DNA from: an uncultured Spirochaetota bacterium
GTDB lineage: Bacteria > Spirochaetota > Brevinematia > Brevinematales > JAOACQ01
Reading direction: 5' to 3'
Assembly: GCA_963835575.1 (NCBI GenBank)
Contig: CAWIGG010000004.1
Location: forward strand, 992,001 to 1,056,000
DNA: 64,000 nt
Below are positions 63,192-64,000 of this stretch, piece by piece; position 1 is the stretch's first letter, and every line of letters starts with the position of its first letter. A model generated the notes under the pieces. It was not told the origin of the DNA. It saw nothing but the letters and a program-made list of their open reading frames with translations, and did no database searches. The translations under genes were made by a program, and so were the position numbers.

Positions 63192-63882
63192 AACACTCTT
63201 CTAAAAACAGTAAAGCCCTGTTCTTTTTAAAAGCTAAAGTATAATCGCTTTAATATAAGGACAGGGCTTTTTTATTTAAAATGGAAAGTCAGCCTCTCAT
63301 TTAAAACAAAAAGATTACTTCACTCTGGTATGGGTTTTGCATCCGCATAAACCCATACCAGAGTGCCGAAAGCTTTTCGCAGTAAAAAAGGAGTTTTCTA
63401 ATTATGAATAGACAAATAGTCGTCTTCACTTTGGCACGGGTTTTGACATTCGCACAAACCCGTGCCAAAGTGCTGATGGCCTTTCTATTATAATAATAAA
63501 TGGGTATTATTCATTAGACAGAAGCCTTTCTTCATCGCCTTATGTTTTTAAAAAAAGCCCTCTTCGCCCTGGCATAGTTTTTGACGTCCGCAAAAAACTA
63601 TGCCAGGGCGTACAAATCTTTTCAAAACGAAAAAGAGAAATTTATCAAAATCCTTTGTTCAAAGGCGGTTATCAACAAACCTTTGTTTTTAAAGAAAGAA
63701 TTAATTATCTAACCGTTCACTTTTAAAACATTCCTTGTTATTAAATGCAAGCCATGTGTTTTCAATCCCGTATCAGTAAAATAAATCTAAAAAAGTACTT
63801 GACAAAAGGGTATCAGCGGGGGTAAAGGGGTTTCCCGTCTTCAAAAGCGGCATAGCGGCCAGCATGAAGGCGGGAGGAATAA

Positions 63883-64000
63883 ATGGAAAATAAAAACTAT
63901 GTGAAAATCGGGGTTGTCGGCTCGCGTTCTTTTACCGACTATGCGAAGCTTGAGAAAACGCTCGACGCTCTGGATTTGTCCTGCGCCGATGTTGTGGTGT
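63883..64000 (+). CDS. Second copy of the SLOG protein (truncated by the window end)
   Basis: MENKNYVKIGVVGSRSFTDYAKLEKTLDALDLSCADVVV, identical to the start of 61750-62115. Confidence 0.88.
   Translation, partial: MENKNYVKIGVVGSRSFTDYAKLEKTLDALDLSCADVVV

Larger units (their letters stand above)
62315..63610 (+). repeat. Array of five co-oriented ~46-bp hairpins with conserved loop TG(A)CRKYCGCA
   Basis: Copies at 62315-62360, 62394-62441, 63321-63365, 63427-63472 and 63565-63610. Stems differ between copies but stay complementary. Confidence 0.9.

Noticed and set aside
62315..63610. CRISPR array or classical integron attC array
   Set aside because: Repeats are not identical, spacing is irregular, and there are no RYYYAAC/GTTRRRY ends. 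The recombinases show no obvious IntI-specific insertion.

Overview
Bacterial chromosomal window, probably from an anaerobe. A spirochete-like lineage is plausible but is only an inference. 1-8.3 kb: [FeFe]-hydrogenase maturation genes (regulator, hydG, SDR, hydE), a repeat-flanked DUF2971-like gene, a quinone oxidoreductase and aroA. 8.3-19.6 kb: the core tRNA-Thr/rpmG/tRNA-Trp/secE/nusG/rplKAJL/rpoBC cluster. 19.8-23.4 kb: a RelE/HigB-type TA pair and an IS1182-family transposase. 23.9-48.6 kb: a co-oriented cluster of secreted proteins (3175-aa S8 protease with Ig-like repeats, lipoprotein, 3602-aa Rhs toxin with an M23-like tip, probable immunity gene), interrupted by GIY-YIG and DUF559 nucleases with their REP-like palindromes. 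49-64 kb: a mobile region. It has a ~2.2 kb inverted duplication of the Rhs tip, immunity gene and a promoter module that encloses low-GC cargo (ankyrin, caspase-like, membrane proteins). It also has a frameshifted orphan Rhs 3' end, two tandem tyrosine recombinases, a CHC2/Toprim primase-ATPase, a SLOG gene, a second TA pair set in an array of five covarying hairpins, and the start of a second, inverted element copy. Most notable: (1) the primase/dual-recombinase element carrying an Rhs cassette in inverted copies, (2) the five-hairpin array, and (3) about 12 intergenic-type repeats from four families inserted in-frame in the Rhs gene.
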